Shown: piece after piece, positions 22,357-32,251 of the stretch | Layout of the letters: the number at the start of each line of letters is the position of its first letter | How positions within the stretch are numbered: the first letter of the stretch is position 1 | From: an uncultured Clostridia bacterium | Lineage (GTDB): Bacteria; Bacillota; Clostridia; UBA1381; UBA9506 | Assembly: GCA_934438075.1 (NCBI GenBank) | Contig: CAKSBF010000006.1 | Location: 46,010-110,009, forward strand | DNA length: 64,000 bases | Direction of reading: 5' to 3' | Translations under genes and position numbers: made by a program | The notes under the pieces: model-generated | Told to the model about the DNA's origin: nothing | The model's database searches: none | Seen by the model: only the letters and a program-made list of their open reading frames with translations

Positions 22357-25300
22357 TCACTATTCCCTCCATTTTGATGACCCACTGTCACCCTCATTTG
22401 TTCCTCACATTCCGTTTTTTCAACAAACGCTGTGATAAGTACACTGCCAGGAGAATTACCGCGTACTACCCCGTCTGCATCCACTGACGCTATTGATGGA
22501 TTTGAACTCTCATAGATAATGTTTCCTATTGCATCTGAAGGAGTAATAACAGGTTCTATGTTCATTGTTTCTCCCTCGGAAAGATATACATTATCAGGCA
22601 GACTAATCTGCTTTATTTGAACATTCTCAAAAGTTTTAGGCCACAAAAGATCAGTCGTATAAGTTCTCTCTGAATACCCATCCTCATGCAGCCATAAAAA
22701 ATGCAGGGTATCCAGACTGGCTTCATAAGTAGGGACTTCTTCGTAACGTCCTTTAATTGCGGCATCCAATGCCAATAATGCATACGGATAAGGGCTATTA
22801 AAGTTGGCGTATTTATAGTTTTGACCTTCTGTAAAAAATCCATTGTAAAACTTTTCATTTGCGATATTGTTTCCAATTTGTTTCGCCAACTCTAAATAAT
22901 TCGGATTCGGGTATGCATTGTACAATTCAAGCAATGTAAACAAATAAAGTGCATTACTGCAAGAAGTATTAAAGTTCACATCAATATTCTCTCCGCCTGC
23001 TGTTCCCAAATCTCCTAAGCCTGCTGTTTTACCCATATTTCTAATAAACTGCCACGTCCTGTTATCCCCCGTAAGATTATACAACAGCATGTAGCTTAAA
23101 AACATTTCATCAAATGGTTTGTATTGTTTCAGTACAGTTCCCGCCTCACCATAATAACCGTATTCCTTAAATGTATAGTTTGAAAGGTCTGTTCCATCTG
23201 CCCACATAGGTTTTAATAGATTTTTTTCGGGAATATAAGCATACTCTAAAAATGACTCCATCCCAACTTCTGCATTATTTAAAATATTTTTTGTTTTTTC
23301 CGGAAGTATCTTGCATACATTTAACCAGTTAATTGGCGTTTTTCCATAAATCTGTTTTGTCATTCCACCCCACAATGCATAAGGCTCCAATGCCGCATCG
23401 CCGAATTCCTTCCCGAACTGACGCATTGCGCGATCCCCGAAATAGGAAGAAGTTTTATACGGATAATCGCTGTAAGATACCTTGCCAACATGAGAATAGT
23501 GATTAACTCCTAGATTTGTACCCGGGTAGCGCGCTTTTGTAAACAAATCATCTAGGCGTTCTGCCCACAGCCAAGCTGCCTCATCCCCTGTATGCTGATA
23601 CAACTTTGCCGCCGCATGGAAAAGATCCGTACCGGTTGAAGAAAAGGCAAGATTGACCGAAAAATATGGTATCTCCTCTGGTTCAATAAACCTTTGTTGC
23701 CAAATATTTTGAGGTGTTTTCAGACCATAATGTCCGTGACGATTATAATCAAGATTTCTCCAGTCTCTAATATGGCTGTTCCACACTCCCTTGATAATCT
23801 CTTCTGTTCTTTCCGGTTCGGCTTCGAAAAATAGATCCCAATGGAGACAGTTACTTTTAAACTCGTGATACATTCTGATTGACTTATCACCATACATTTT
23901 TAAATTATCAATATCAACCATTCTGTGATCCCCCCAATAGGGTAACCCGCTGACCGGATCTGAATAGTGTTTTAAAACGTACGAAATTTCATCCTTGGCC
24001 GCATCAACATATTTATTATCTCCCGTAATCTGCGAAAGCCCGTCAAATAGTCTGAGCATGTTCTGACGATTGGATAAATTAGAAAAGCTCACTACTTGCC
24101 CTTCTGCTTCGTCAATTTCATCCGACATTCTCCATTGAGCAAATTCCTTGCTGTAGACATTAATTCCATCTGCAAATAACGGCGTAGGGTTCACTCGGCT
24201 GTGCCCATACTTTAATATGTTCTCCGCCTGCGTGACAACCTCGTCAAAACGGCTTTCATCATCCGCGTTATACACCACCTTATTTACGGTAATGCTCTTT
24301 TCTGCATAAATATTCCCATTTGCTTTGCTGACCGCACGTAAGACAAATTTAGCCGGAAGGACGGTATTCCCGTCAACAGTAACCACACCGTCATCGTTGA
24401 TAGCAATTCCTTCTCTTTCGCCAGAAGAAATACTCCATCTAACCCCCCCAATAGATGCCTCTCTTCCAAACTGATCATAAACCTTCGCGTGAAATGTTTT
24501 TTCCGCCGCATTTCCGTTAACAGAGTGGATATAGCCGGGACCTGTTATTTCAACATTATCAATGGATTCCGATAAAAGAGATACTTCTATGGATTTTGTT
24601 ACATTTGGATTAGAGATTGCCGTAGTCTTCAGTGTAATTTTATCTGCCGTGACACCTGCTTTAACCGTTAAGTCTCCATTTTCATCCAAAGCAACGCCGT
24701 CCGGTAACATATCTGCGCTCCATACTGCCGTATCCTCTGTGTTCAGTCTATCATCCGGGTTTAAAACACCAGCTCGGTAAGCGTAAATCTTTTCCCCTGT
24801 CATCGGAATCGCAATCTGGTTGGGACCGGTAATTTCAATATCCGCCGCTTCATTAGGGGGAAGCAAAAAATCTACCCGAAAATCATCAAAATACATTTCA
24901 CCAGGATTTCCATAGCGGTAAAATGCTGTTCTCACCCTCGACACGTGAGAAAATTCCGTGTCAAAACACAGCTTTACGCCAGATAATATAACTTTACCAT
25001 CAATCAAATAATTAGCTGTGCGATTTTCGAGGTTTACATCCATACGAATATCATACCATCGATCTGCCTCATATGTGCAAGCAGTAACCGACGTCGTTCC
25101 GTTATACACGGAAAACACACCATTGCTAATATCAAGTCGTGCTCCATAATAAGACGTTTCATTGTCTAAAAAAACATAAGAAGTCGCATCTGTTTGTTTC
25201 AATAAAATCTTAAAACTTACACTGATAATCCCATATTCCTGGTCAAAAAACTGAAGATAGGAGTCTCTTTGCTGATTATCCGTCGGGTCAGCATATTTTT

Positions 25301-26876
25301 TACTGCATACCATCTTTCCATAGTTCTCGCCAATTCCGTTCTCACTATCTTGAGCAACTCGGAAAGTCCAATTATTCTCGTCTTCAATCTTCCACATCCA
25401 TGTTTCATAATCTTCTACGGTTTGCAGAGTCTGATCCGGTTCTGTTTCTGTCGGTATTCGACGATGAGGCGGTTGCTTTCCAACCGTATAACTCTCAAAA
25501 TCATCAAAGCAGCTACGTTCTAATCGACAGTTCTCCAAAGGATCCGGAAGAATAACCTCTTTTCGTTTCGTCTGGACGTTATCCAGATAAATACCATCTT
25601 CTCCAACAACGCCCAGTTTAATTCGTTTCAAATCTACTCCAAAGCCACCGGAGGCTGTATCGAACGGAATATTATAGCCCTGAGAACTCTCTATTGGCAC
25701 ATCATCAATATAAATATTATAGTAAGGCTCCGCCGCATCAAAATACATTACAAATTTATAATTATACCATGTGTCCAGACGATAATCTGCAATTGTCTCT
25801 CTAATCACCGCCGTATCTAGCATGACACTTCCATCTGCCATATACCCTAAACAAGAAATACGCTTATTATTTGAGCTGTATAACTGGACGAATCTCGGAC
25901 CTGTTTGTTTCGGAAAACAAATATCATATTCCAGCATAGCAGTACCTGAAACCACTCCTGAACTAACGAGCTTATAGTTAGCATGGTGAAGTGCGCCATT
26001 GCCCGTATGTTCCGAAATAACGGCAAATCTCGATTGGTTTCCCGCAAAATCCGCTTTTGAAGTAATGCTCATATCATTATTCTGCCATCCATCCCATCCC
26101 CCAAATCGATTGGGCAGCGAACCATCAGCGGTATATTCAAAATCTTCATTCATAAAATCAGAGAAATTTTCTTTTCTCCAATCAGGAATTTCTTTTACCT
26201 CCTCAATGCTTTTTATTGTAATATTATCAAGCGCTATCCCACATTGTTCCGTCAGACCAAACTTTAAACGGGCAATGTTCGTTCCGACCATGCTGTTCTC
26301 GTTTGTGTCAAGCGGACATCGAGATGCTGTTTCCACGTCATTTATCCAAAAATTATATGTGCCTGTTTTAAAGCTGACGTCGAACATCAAATCATACCAA
26401 CACCCCGCTTCATATTGTCCGATTTCTCCAGTGTATGTATTTGTATCTACTGCTATAACACCATCAGCCGAAAAGTTCAAATTTGTTAGACGCACACCGT
26501 TCGCATCATAAATTTGTATGCTCCGAAAAGCCATTTTATCAGTGAAATACGCTTGAAACGAAAGCACCAGTCTTTCGTCGGACTGATAAGATTCATTGAA
26601 AGACCAATTACAATATCTGGTTCCCTTTCGCGAAAAATTATCCTTAAGCAACAAAAATTTTGTATTATTTCCGTACTGAGCCTGTTGTGTTTCAACAATA
26701 ACACGTTGACCAGAAAAACCATCAAAGCTCCCTACACCAACTGGAACCACTCCAACCGTTTCTTGCTCAAAATTTTCGTCATACAATTGCTGCTCTTCAA
26801 AATTCTGGGCATCGATAATAGGCATTGTCATCATAAGCATTACCATCATCATTAAAAAAGAAATATATTTCTTCAT
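22353..26876 (-). CDS. 1507-aa secreted multidomain protein: 3 lectin/LamG-like modules, 2 Ig-like domains, a roughly 550-aa helix-rich putative catalytic region and a C-terminal Big_2
   Basis: True start is the ATG at 26876 (MKKYISFLMMMVMLMMTMPIIDAQ signal peptide), which overlaps the GH105 stop (ATGA). Domain boundaries were read from internal repeats in the translation. Confidence 0.8.
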   Translation of the reverse strand: MKKYISFLMMMVMLMMTMPIIDAQNFEEQQLYDENFEQETVGVVPVGVGSFDGFSGQRVIVETQQAQYGNNTKFLLLKDNFSRKGTRYCNWSFNESYQSDERLVLSFQAYFTDKMAFRSIQIYDANGVRLTNLNFSADGVIAVDTNTYTGEIGQYEAGCWYDLMFDVSFKTGTYNFWINDVETASRCPLDTNENSMVGTNIARLKFGLTEQCGIALDNITIKSIEEVKEIPDWRKENFSDFMNEDFEYTADGSLPNRFGGWDGWQNNDMSITSKADFAGNQSRFAVISEHTGNGALHHANYKLVSSGVVSGTAMLEYDICFPKQTGPRFVQLYSSNNKRISCLGYMADGSVMLDTAVIRETIADYRLDTWYNYKFVMYFDAAEPYYNIYIDDVPIESSQGYNIPFDTASGGFGVDLKRIKLGVVGEDGIYLDNVQTKRKEVILPDPLENCRLERSCFDDFESYTVGKQPPHRRIPTETEPDQTLQTVEDYETWMWKIEDENNWTFRVAQDSENGIGENYGKMVCSKKYADPTDNQQRDSYLQFFDQEYGIISVSFKILLKQTDATSYVFLDNETSYYGARLDISNGVFSVYNGTTSVTACTYEADRWYDIRMDVNLENRTANYLIDGKVILSGVKLCFDTEFSHVSRVRTAFYRYGNPGEMYFDDFRVDFLLPPNEAADIEITGPNQIAIPMTGEKIYAYRAGVLNPDDRLNTEDTAVWSADMLPDGVALDENGDLTVKAGVTADKITLKTTAISNPNVTKSIEVSLLSESIDNVEITGPGYIHSVNGNAAEKTFHAKVYDQFGREASIGGVRWSISSGEREGIAINDDGVVTVDGNTVLPAKFVLRAVSKANGNIYAEKSITVNKVVYNADDESRFDEVVTQAENILKYGHSRVNPTPLFADGINVYSKEFAQWRMSDEIDEAEGQVVSFSNLSNRQNMLRLFDGLSQITGDNKYVDAAKDEISYVLKHYSDPVSGLPYWGDHRMVDIDNLKMYGDKSIRMYHEFKSNCLHWDLFFEAEPERTEEIIKGVWNSHIRDWRNLDYNRHGHYGLKTPQNIWQQRFIEPEEIPYFSVNLAFSSTGTDLFHAAAKLYQHTGDEAAWLWAERLDDLFTKARYPGTNLGVNHYSHVGKVSYSDYPYKTSSYFGDRAMRQFGKEFGDAALEPYALWGGMTKQIYGKTPINWLNVCKILPEKTKNILNNAEVGMESFLEYAYIPEKNLLKPMWADGTDLSNYTFKEYGYYGEAGTVLKQYKPFDEMFLSYMLLYNLTGDNRTWQFIRNMGKTAGLGDLGTAGGENIDVNFNTSCSNALYLFTLLELYNAYPNPNYLELAKQIGNNIANEKFYNGFFTEGQNYKYANFNSPYPYALLALDAAIKGRYEEVPTYEASLDTLHFLWLHEDGYSERTYTTDLLWPKTFENVQIKQISLPDNVYLSEGETMNIEPVITPSDAIGNIIYESSNPSIASVDADGVVRGNSPGSVLITAFVEKTECEEQMRVTVGHQNGGNSE

Positions 26877-27901
26877 GATATATGTTGCTCCCCCCTTTTC
26901 CACACATCCAATTCTACAAGCATTAATAATGCTAACCCCTGACCCCATGGCATAATTTCTGACCGATCTATTTCATAATACATTTGCACCGTTTCCTGAA
27001 TACCCGTTCCGCAAGATACATCCGTAACCGTTCCATCATCTGCTATTTTTGCAATAACTGCCTCTGCCCCTTTTTTTGCACACTCCTTAAATTCCTCACC
27101 CAAAAGCCCCATACGCATACCCTTCAGGATTCCACATACAAATCCCTCCGATGCCGACACTTCACAATAAGAGTTTTTGTCTGTTAAAACAGTATGCCAG
27201 AGTCCATTATTATCCTGACATTCTTTTACTGCCCGCACCTGATTCTGAAATCCTTTTATGATATCCTCATCTTTAATCTTTGAAAATTCAACAATTTCAG
27301 GTACACTTACCGTAAACCACGCATTACCCCTACCCCAAAGAACTGAGGATAAGTGATTTTTCAGCTTATAATCATAACCGTGATAAAAAAGCCCGCTTGA
27401 TTCCTGAATCGCATCTATATGTAATCGAACCTGTTTCAGTCCTTCCTCAACATATTCGGTACGTCCCGTGACAGTTCCGATACGTGTAAGGAATACGCCG
27501 GCCATAAACACGGTATCAATCCACGCTTGAGCTGTCCAATGTAACCCAACACCACTGTGTTCCAGTATCCCATTCTCCGTTCTCGGCGCAGCATCCATCA
27601 ACCAATCAGCAAATTCTGTGCAAATGTCAAGATATTTTGTATCTCCGGTCTCTCTATAAAGCATCAGCACAGAACAAAGAGGTGCTGTTGTATTGACTGT
27701 TTTCGGGATTTGTGTTTGTTCCATAGAAATATCCACAAAATATTGAATAAAATCAAAAATCTCTTGATCTCGCGTATATTCAAACGCCCGTGAAAGGCCA
27801 TACAAAGCGACACCTGCACCCCAGTCCCATGCTCCTCGCTTGTCAACGTTTAAGTCCATTTGCATTGTTCTTTTTGCCACCTTAATGATTAATTCATTCA
27901 T
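26873..27901 (-). CDS. GH105 unsaturated rhamnogalacturonyl/uronyl hydrolase (YteR/YesR-like)
   Basis: 342 aa with WIDTVFMAG (catalytic Asp context), WGRGNAWF and PWGQG motifs typical of GH105/GH88. No signal peptide. Confidence 0.8.
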   Translation of the reverse strand: MNELIIKVAKRTMQMDLNVDKRGAWDWGAGVALYGLSRAFEYTRDQEIFDFIQYFVDISMEQTQIPKTVNTTAPLCSVLMLYRETGDTKYLDICTEFADWLMDAAPRTENGILEHSGVGLHWTAQAWIDTVFMAGVFLTRIGTVTGRTEYVEEGLKQVRLHIDAIQESSGLFYHGYDYKLKNHLSSVLWGRGNAWFTVSVPEIVEFSKIKDEDIIKGFQNQVRAVKECQDNNGLWHTVLTDKNSYCEVSASEGFVCGILKGMRMGLLGEEFKECAKKGAEAVIAKIADDGTVTDVSCGTGIQETVQMYYEIDRSEIMPWGQGLALLMLVELDVWKRGEQHIS

Positions 27902-27936
27902 CTAATTCATATCCTTTCTATTTGTTGCACAATTGT

Positions 27937-30234
27937 TCATTGCTCTCTACAATTTTTTCTATACTCTCCCGGTGTAATACCAATCATTTTAAGAAAACAC
28001 CGGTTAAAGGTTTTTGTGTTTGTGTATCCAGTCTGTTGACATACCTCTTCCACTGTGAGTTCAGTTCTTTCAAATAATTGTTTTGCGTGTTGAATCCGAA
28101 GCGTGTTAACATATTCCAGAATTCCCATACCTGCCTGTTCGCGGAAACGCTTAGAAATATATTTTGAGTTCATATTAAATCTGTTTGCAACTGCAGAAAC
28201 ATTAATACTCGAATCCGTATAATTTTCATTAATATATTGCTGTATTTTGTCTTTTAAAACAGTATTTGTCTTTTGATTAATATCATGAATATCCCGACAG
28301 ATTGACTCAAGAAGTTGAACAATTTCCGATTTCATTTTCATGACGGTATCACAACCAGATAGTCTTTCTAAAACAGTCGATTCCTCAAGCAAAATATGCT
28401 CTTCTCCTCGATTTGCCTCGCTTACCGTCTTTATCATGGTGCTAATTAAATCATACATGAGAATACGTGCCATCGAAAGCGGTAATGTGTTCTGGTCAAA
28501 ATTGATCCGAAAGATTTCCTCAATGATTTCTTTTCCACGTTTAAAATCACCACATTTTACACAATTCATTAGCTGTTGCTCTTTTTCGACAGGATAATAA
28601 AATGAATTATGAGGGCGGGCGATGATCTCATCATAGCAAATAACCTCTGAATCAGACATGATCGTATAATATTCCATCGCCTCGACTGCTTCGCTGAAAC
28701 AATCCGGAATATACGCCAGACCTTTATGCACACCACTGACAGCCGCTAAGACCTCTACATTAAAATTCGCCTTTATAAAATCATGAACTTTGGTGGCAAT
28801 ACCGCATATGGCAACATCAACATTTTCGAGCTGGTGCTCTCCCGGATTGCATAAACATACAATCATATTGTCTACGCTTGTAGTAAGCGTATAAAATTGC
28901 TCATTAAGCAGCTCATATGCTACATTATTAATAATAAATTCTGCAAATTCCGCATTTTTAGCAGTATTACATGATTCCTTTTCAAAAAATATCCCATCTA
29001 TATCTTCCGGATAAAACAAGGCTACCACATAATTTTCCGAAACAAAGTGAATGTCTAAGGTCTCATAAACATCTTCCAATTTCAGGGTGCCTACACTTCC
29101 TGTTTTTAAGAGCTTGGCTATAATTTCTGCTCGGAAAAGCATGCTTTGGTTATAGATTTGATGGTTCATATATCGGTTTTCCGTTAATGTTTTTTGAATC
29201 ATTCCCAGTATTAACTGATACTCATTCGGTTCATCAACTGTTTGTATACCTAAGGAACTAAGCAGTCTCTTAAGCGGGATATATTGTTTTTTTATCATAA
29301 TACAAATTGCAGCCAACCCACCCAGAATACACAGCAAATAACATATTGTACTTACCGCTCTAATATACCGCATCTTATGCCAAAAACTACTTTTTGGCAT
29401 AACCGAAACATATTTCCATTGCGCAACCTTTGATTCCACATAGCTTACCACATAGTCACTAACTGTTATTAACTCATCTGCATCCCGCAGATCAGCATAA
29501 CCAAGCGGTATCGAATCCTGCAATGTTCCTGCAGAAGCAATAATTGCATCTGTTTTATCCAAAATAAAGAAACTACCATTCTCTTCAGCAAATGTAAACT
29601 GCCCTGTTAGATCATCTTCTTTTATCATGATCATAACATTTATGTAAAAATTCGGTCGGTTAATGTCATTATATGTTCTTTTAAACACAGTCTTTTTTTG
29701 CGTACGAATTCCATCACCTTCCTCATAAAGATAAATATAATTTCCATTATTATCTGTGTCCAACAATACGTTAAACAAATTACGCGGTAATTTTTTTTCC
29801 AAATTTTCTTTATAGAACACATCATAATGGCTGCTAGTAGTAGTGGAAATAAACATTCCACTATTGGGTAGATAAATAAATATCTCGTCTACTGATTTAT
29901 TTGCGACTTTGAGCCGCGAAAGCTCCTTACTTAAATTATAAAAATCAAAAATTCTCTCATCTGCCTCCTGTGAGCTGAGAAATTTAACAGCTCCCAACCG
30001 CGCATTGTAATGCACCTCTGTGGTCAGTCTTTCCATATCAAGAAGTAAATTATCGGTCTCTTGACACGTGGCCTTTAATATAGTCTTATTTTGAGAATTA
30101 ATCTCTTCACGTACAATATGATTTGTGACCGCTGTAAGAAAAAATGAAAAGATTAATGGAATACACAACACCAGTGCGTAAGAAATAAACCACGTTATAA
30201 CAATACTTTTCGATTCAAGTACTCTGTTGAGCAT
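27937..30234 (-). CDS. Membrane-spanning AraC-family one-component regulator (TM, roughly 270-aa extracytoplasmic domain, TM, cytoplasmic linker, AraC HTH)
   Basis: 765 aa with hydrophobic segments ITWFISYALVLCIPLIFSFFLTAV and AVSTICYLLCILGGLAAICIMI. C-terminal AraC HTH (VSAVANRFNMNSKYISKRFRE...VCQQTGYTNTKTFNRCFLK). No kinase or receiver motifs seen. Confidence 0.75.
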   Translation of the reverse strand: MLNRVLESKSIVITWFISYALVLCIPLIFSFFLTAVTNHIVREEINSQNKTILKATCQETDNLLLDMERLTTEVHYNARLGAVKFLSSQEADERIFDFYNLSKELSRLKVANKSVDEIFIYLPNSGMFISTTTSSHYDVFYKENLEKKLPRNLFNVLLDTDNNGNYIYLYEEGDGIRTQKKTVFKRTYNDINRPNFYINVMIMIKEDDLTGQFTFAEENGSFFILDKTDAIIASAGTLQDSIPLGYADLRDADELITVSDYVVSYVESKVAQWKYVSVMPKSSFWHKMRYIRAVSTICYLLCILGGLAAICIMIKKQYIPLKRLLSSLGIQTVDEPNEYQLILGMIQKTLTENRYMNHQIYNQSMLFRAEIIAKLLKTGSVGTLKLEDVYETLDIHFVSENYVVALFYPEDIDGIFFEKESCNTAKNAEFAEFIINNVAYELLNEQFYTLTTSVDNMIVCLCNPGEHQLENVDVAICGIATKVHDFIKANFNVEVLAAVSGVHKGLAYIPDCFSEAVEAMEYYTIMSDSEVICYDEIIARPHNSFYYPVEKEQQLMNCVKCGDFKRGKEIIEEIFRINFDQNTLPLSMARILMYDLISTMIKTVSEANRGEEHILLEESTVLERLSGCDTVMKMKSEIVQLLESICRDIHDINQKTNTVLKDKIQQYINENYTDSSINVSAVANRFNMNSKYISKRFREQAGMGILEYVNTLRIQHAKQLFERTELTVEEVCQQTGYTNTKTFNRCFLKMIGITPGEYRKNCREQ

Positions 30235-30378
30235 AAAATCCCCCCATAAATTACGATAATATCATTATAACACAGCTATAAGACAAAATCACATGTCAAG
30301 AATTTCCATGTTTGACTTTACCATTGAAATGCGGCTACAAATCTCACTGTATAATTGTACAACCAGGCATCTCACTTT

Positions 30379-31260
30379 CTACCCTTTCACAGCACCAATC
30401 ATAAGCCCTTTAACAAAATACTTTTGTAAAAATGGATAAACCATAACAATTGGAAGCATCGTGACAACAATAACGGCATATTTTACAGTTTCTCCAGCCG
30501 CCTCCTGATCTACCGCACCTACACCTGCAGTCATAGATAAAGTTTCATTTTGCAATAAAATTTCTCTTAAAATTAGCTGCAACGGATAAAGCTGCCGATC
30601 CTGTAAAAAAATCATTGCATAAAACCACGCATTCCAGTGAGCAACTCCGTAATAAAGCACCATAACTGCAACCACAGGTAACGATAGCGGCAAAATCATG
30701 CCCACTAAAATTCTAAAATGACCTGCGCCGTCAAGTTTTGCCGACTCTTCAATACTATCCGGAATGCCCTCAAAAGAAGTCCTCATAATAATCAGGTTAA
30801 ATGTATTAATTGCATTCGGTAATACAAGAGCCCAAAGACTGTTATATAAACCCAAATCTCTCACGGTAAAGTAAAACGGTATTAAACCACCAGAGAAGAA
30901 CATTGTAAACACAATTAAAAAATTAATAATCTTTTTAAAATATACATTTTTTCTGGAAAGAAAGTATGCTCCTATCGATGTCATAGTAATATTAATCATG
31001 AGACCTACAATAACAACAAAAAGAGTATTCCCATAACCTCGCAAAATCATAGGATTTTTAAATACCATTTTATATGCGGCAAGGGTAAAGCCTTTCGGGC
31101 TTAGCAAAAAACCCTGATGTGACATAATCTCATACGAGCCGCTCATAGAAGCAAAGACCACATGAACAACTGGATACAATGCTATGAGGCATAGCAAAAA
31201 CATAACAACGTTATTGATTATTTGAAATATTGTACTTTTTACACTATTTTCTCCTACCAT
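30379..31260 (-). CDS. Carbohydrate ABC transporter permease (LplC-like)
   Basis: Six predicted TM segments and the EAA-type loop IEESAKLDGAGHFRIL. Start moved to the ATG at 31260 (GGGGGAG RBS). Confidence 0.85.
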   Translation of the reverse strand: MVGENSVKSTIFQIINNVVMFLLCLIALYPVVHVVFASMSGSYEIMSHQGFLLSPKGFTLAAYKMVFKNPMILRGYGNTLFVVIVGLMINITMTSIGAYFLSRKNVYFKKIINFLIVFTMFFSGGLIPFYFTVRDLGLYNSLWALVLPNAINTFNLIIMRTSFEGIPDSIEESAKLDGAGHFRILVGMILPLSLPVVAVMVLYYGVAHWNAWFYAMIFLQDRQLYPLQLILREILLQNETLSMTAGVGAVDQEAAGETVKYAVIVVTMLPIVMVYPFLQKYFVKGLMIGAVKG

Positions 31261-31273
31261 TTTTCTCCCCCGT

Positions 31274-32233
31274 TCACCATAAACCATTTCCGTTAATTGA
31301 CTTACTTGCTGTATTTGCTACGATCAACAACATAAAATTAATAACAGAATTAAATAAACCAACGGCCGCCCCGTAGCTCCAGCCAAATTCCTGCAGACCC
31401 TTTCTATATACAAAGGTGGATATGACATCTGCAGTATCATATATTACTGCATTATACAGTAATATAATCTTTTCAAAACCAACATTTAAAATATTACCAA
31501 TCCGAAGCAACAACATAATCATAATGGTAGGAAGAATCCCCGGCAACGTAACATGAAGGGTTTGCCTCATACGACCGGCGCCATCCAGACAACTTGCCTC
31601 ATAAAGCTGCGGATCAATCGTCGTAAACGCAGAAAGATATATAATTGTCCCCCAACCCACTTCTTGCCAGATATCTGATATAACATAAATCGGAACAAAA
31701 AATTCCGGTTTTGTAAGCATATCTACGCGAGTACCGCCAAAAAAAGCAATAACGTCATTGATCACACCATCTTCTGCCGTAAAATCCTTTACAATACTTG
31801 CCACAACTACCAATGAAATAAAATGAGGCAAATATGTAATTGTTTGTACACATTTTTTAAAGCGCATATTTTTCATCTCATTAAGCAAAAGGGCAAGAAT
31901 AATTGGAGCAGGAAAACCAAAAACCAAATTGTTTAAACTAATTACAATGGTATTTTTCAAAACTCTCCAAAAAGTATGACTTTGAAAAAAATTGTTAAAG
32001 TGTAAAAATCCAACAAAATCACTGCCCATAATACCTTTTGTCGGGTCAAAATTTTTAAATGCAATAATAGCTCCATACATGGGTTTGTAACAAAACAGCG
32101 CATAAAACAGAAGGACCGGAAGTACTAATAGGTATAGACCTCTATTACGTCTTAAATCGTTTTTAATAGTATATAATGTCTCAAAGCAGCGGCCAGATTG
32201 CACGCCGCTTTGAGTCTTGTACATTGAATTCAT
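31274..32233 (-). CDS. Carbohydrate ABC transporter permease (LplB-like)
   Basis: 319 aa with YEASCLDGAGRMRQ in the EAA loop and an N-terminal LRRNRGLYLLVLPVLLFYALFCYKPMYG typical of LplB. Confidence 0.85.
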   Translation of the reverse strand: MNSMYKTQSGVQSGRCFETLYTIKNDLRRNRGLYLLVLPVLLFYALFCYKPMYGAIIAFKNFDPTKGIMGSDFVGFLHFNNFFQSHTFWRVLKNTIVISLNNLVFGFPAPIILALLLNEMKNMRFKKCVQTITYLPHFISLVVVASIVKDFTAEDGVINDVIAFFGGTRVDMLTKPEFFVPIYVISDIWQEVGWGTIIYLSAFTTIDPQLYEASCLDGAGRMRQTLHVTLPGILPTIMIMLLLRIGNILNVGFEKIILLYNAVIYDTADVISTFVYRKGLQEFGWSYGAAVGLFNSVINFMLLIVANTASKSINGNGLW

Positions 32234-32251
32234 AGTATCCCCTTCCAGTTA

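Noticed and set aside
26877-26948. N-terminal extension MGSGVSIINACRIGCVEKGGATYI of the giant protein ORF
   Set aside because: It overlaps the GH105 coding end. A classical signal peptide begins at the ATG at 26876, which forms an ATGA overlap with the GH105 stop.
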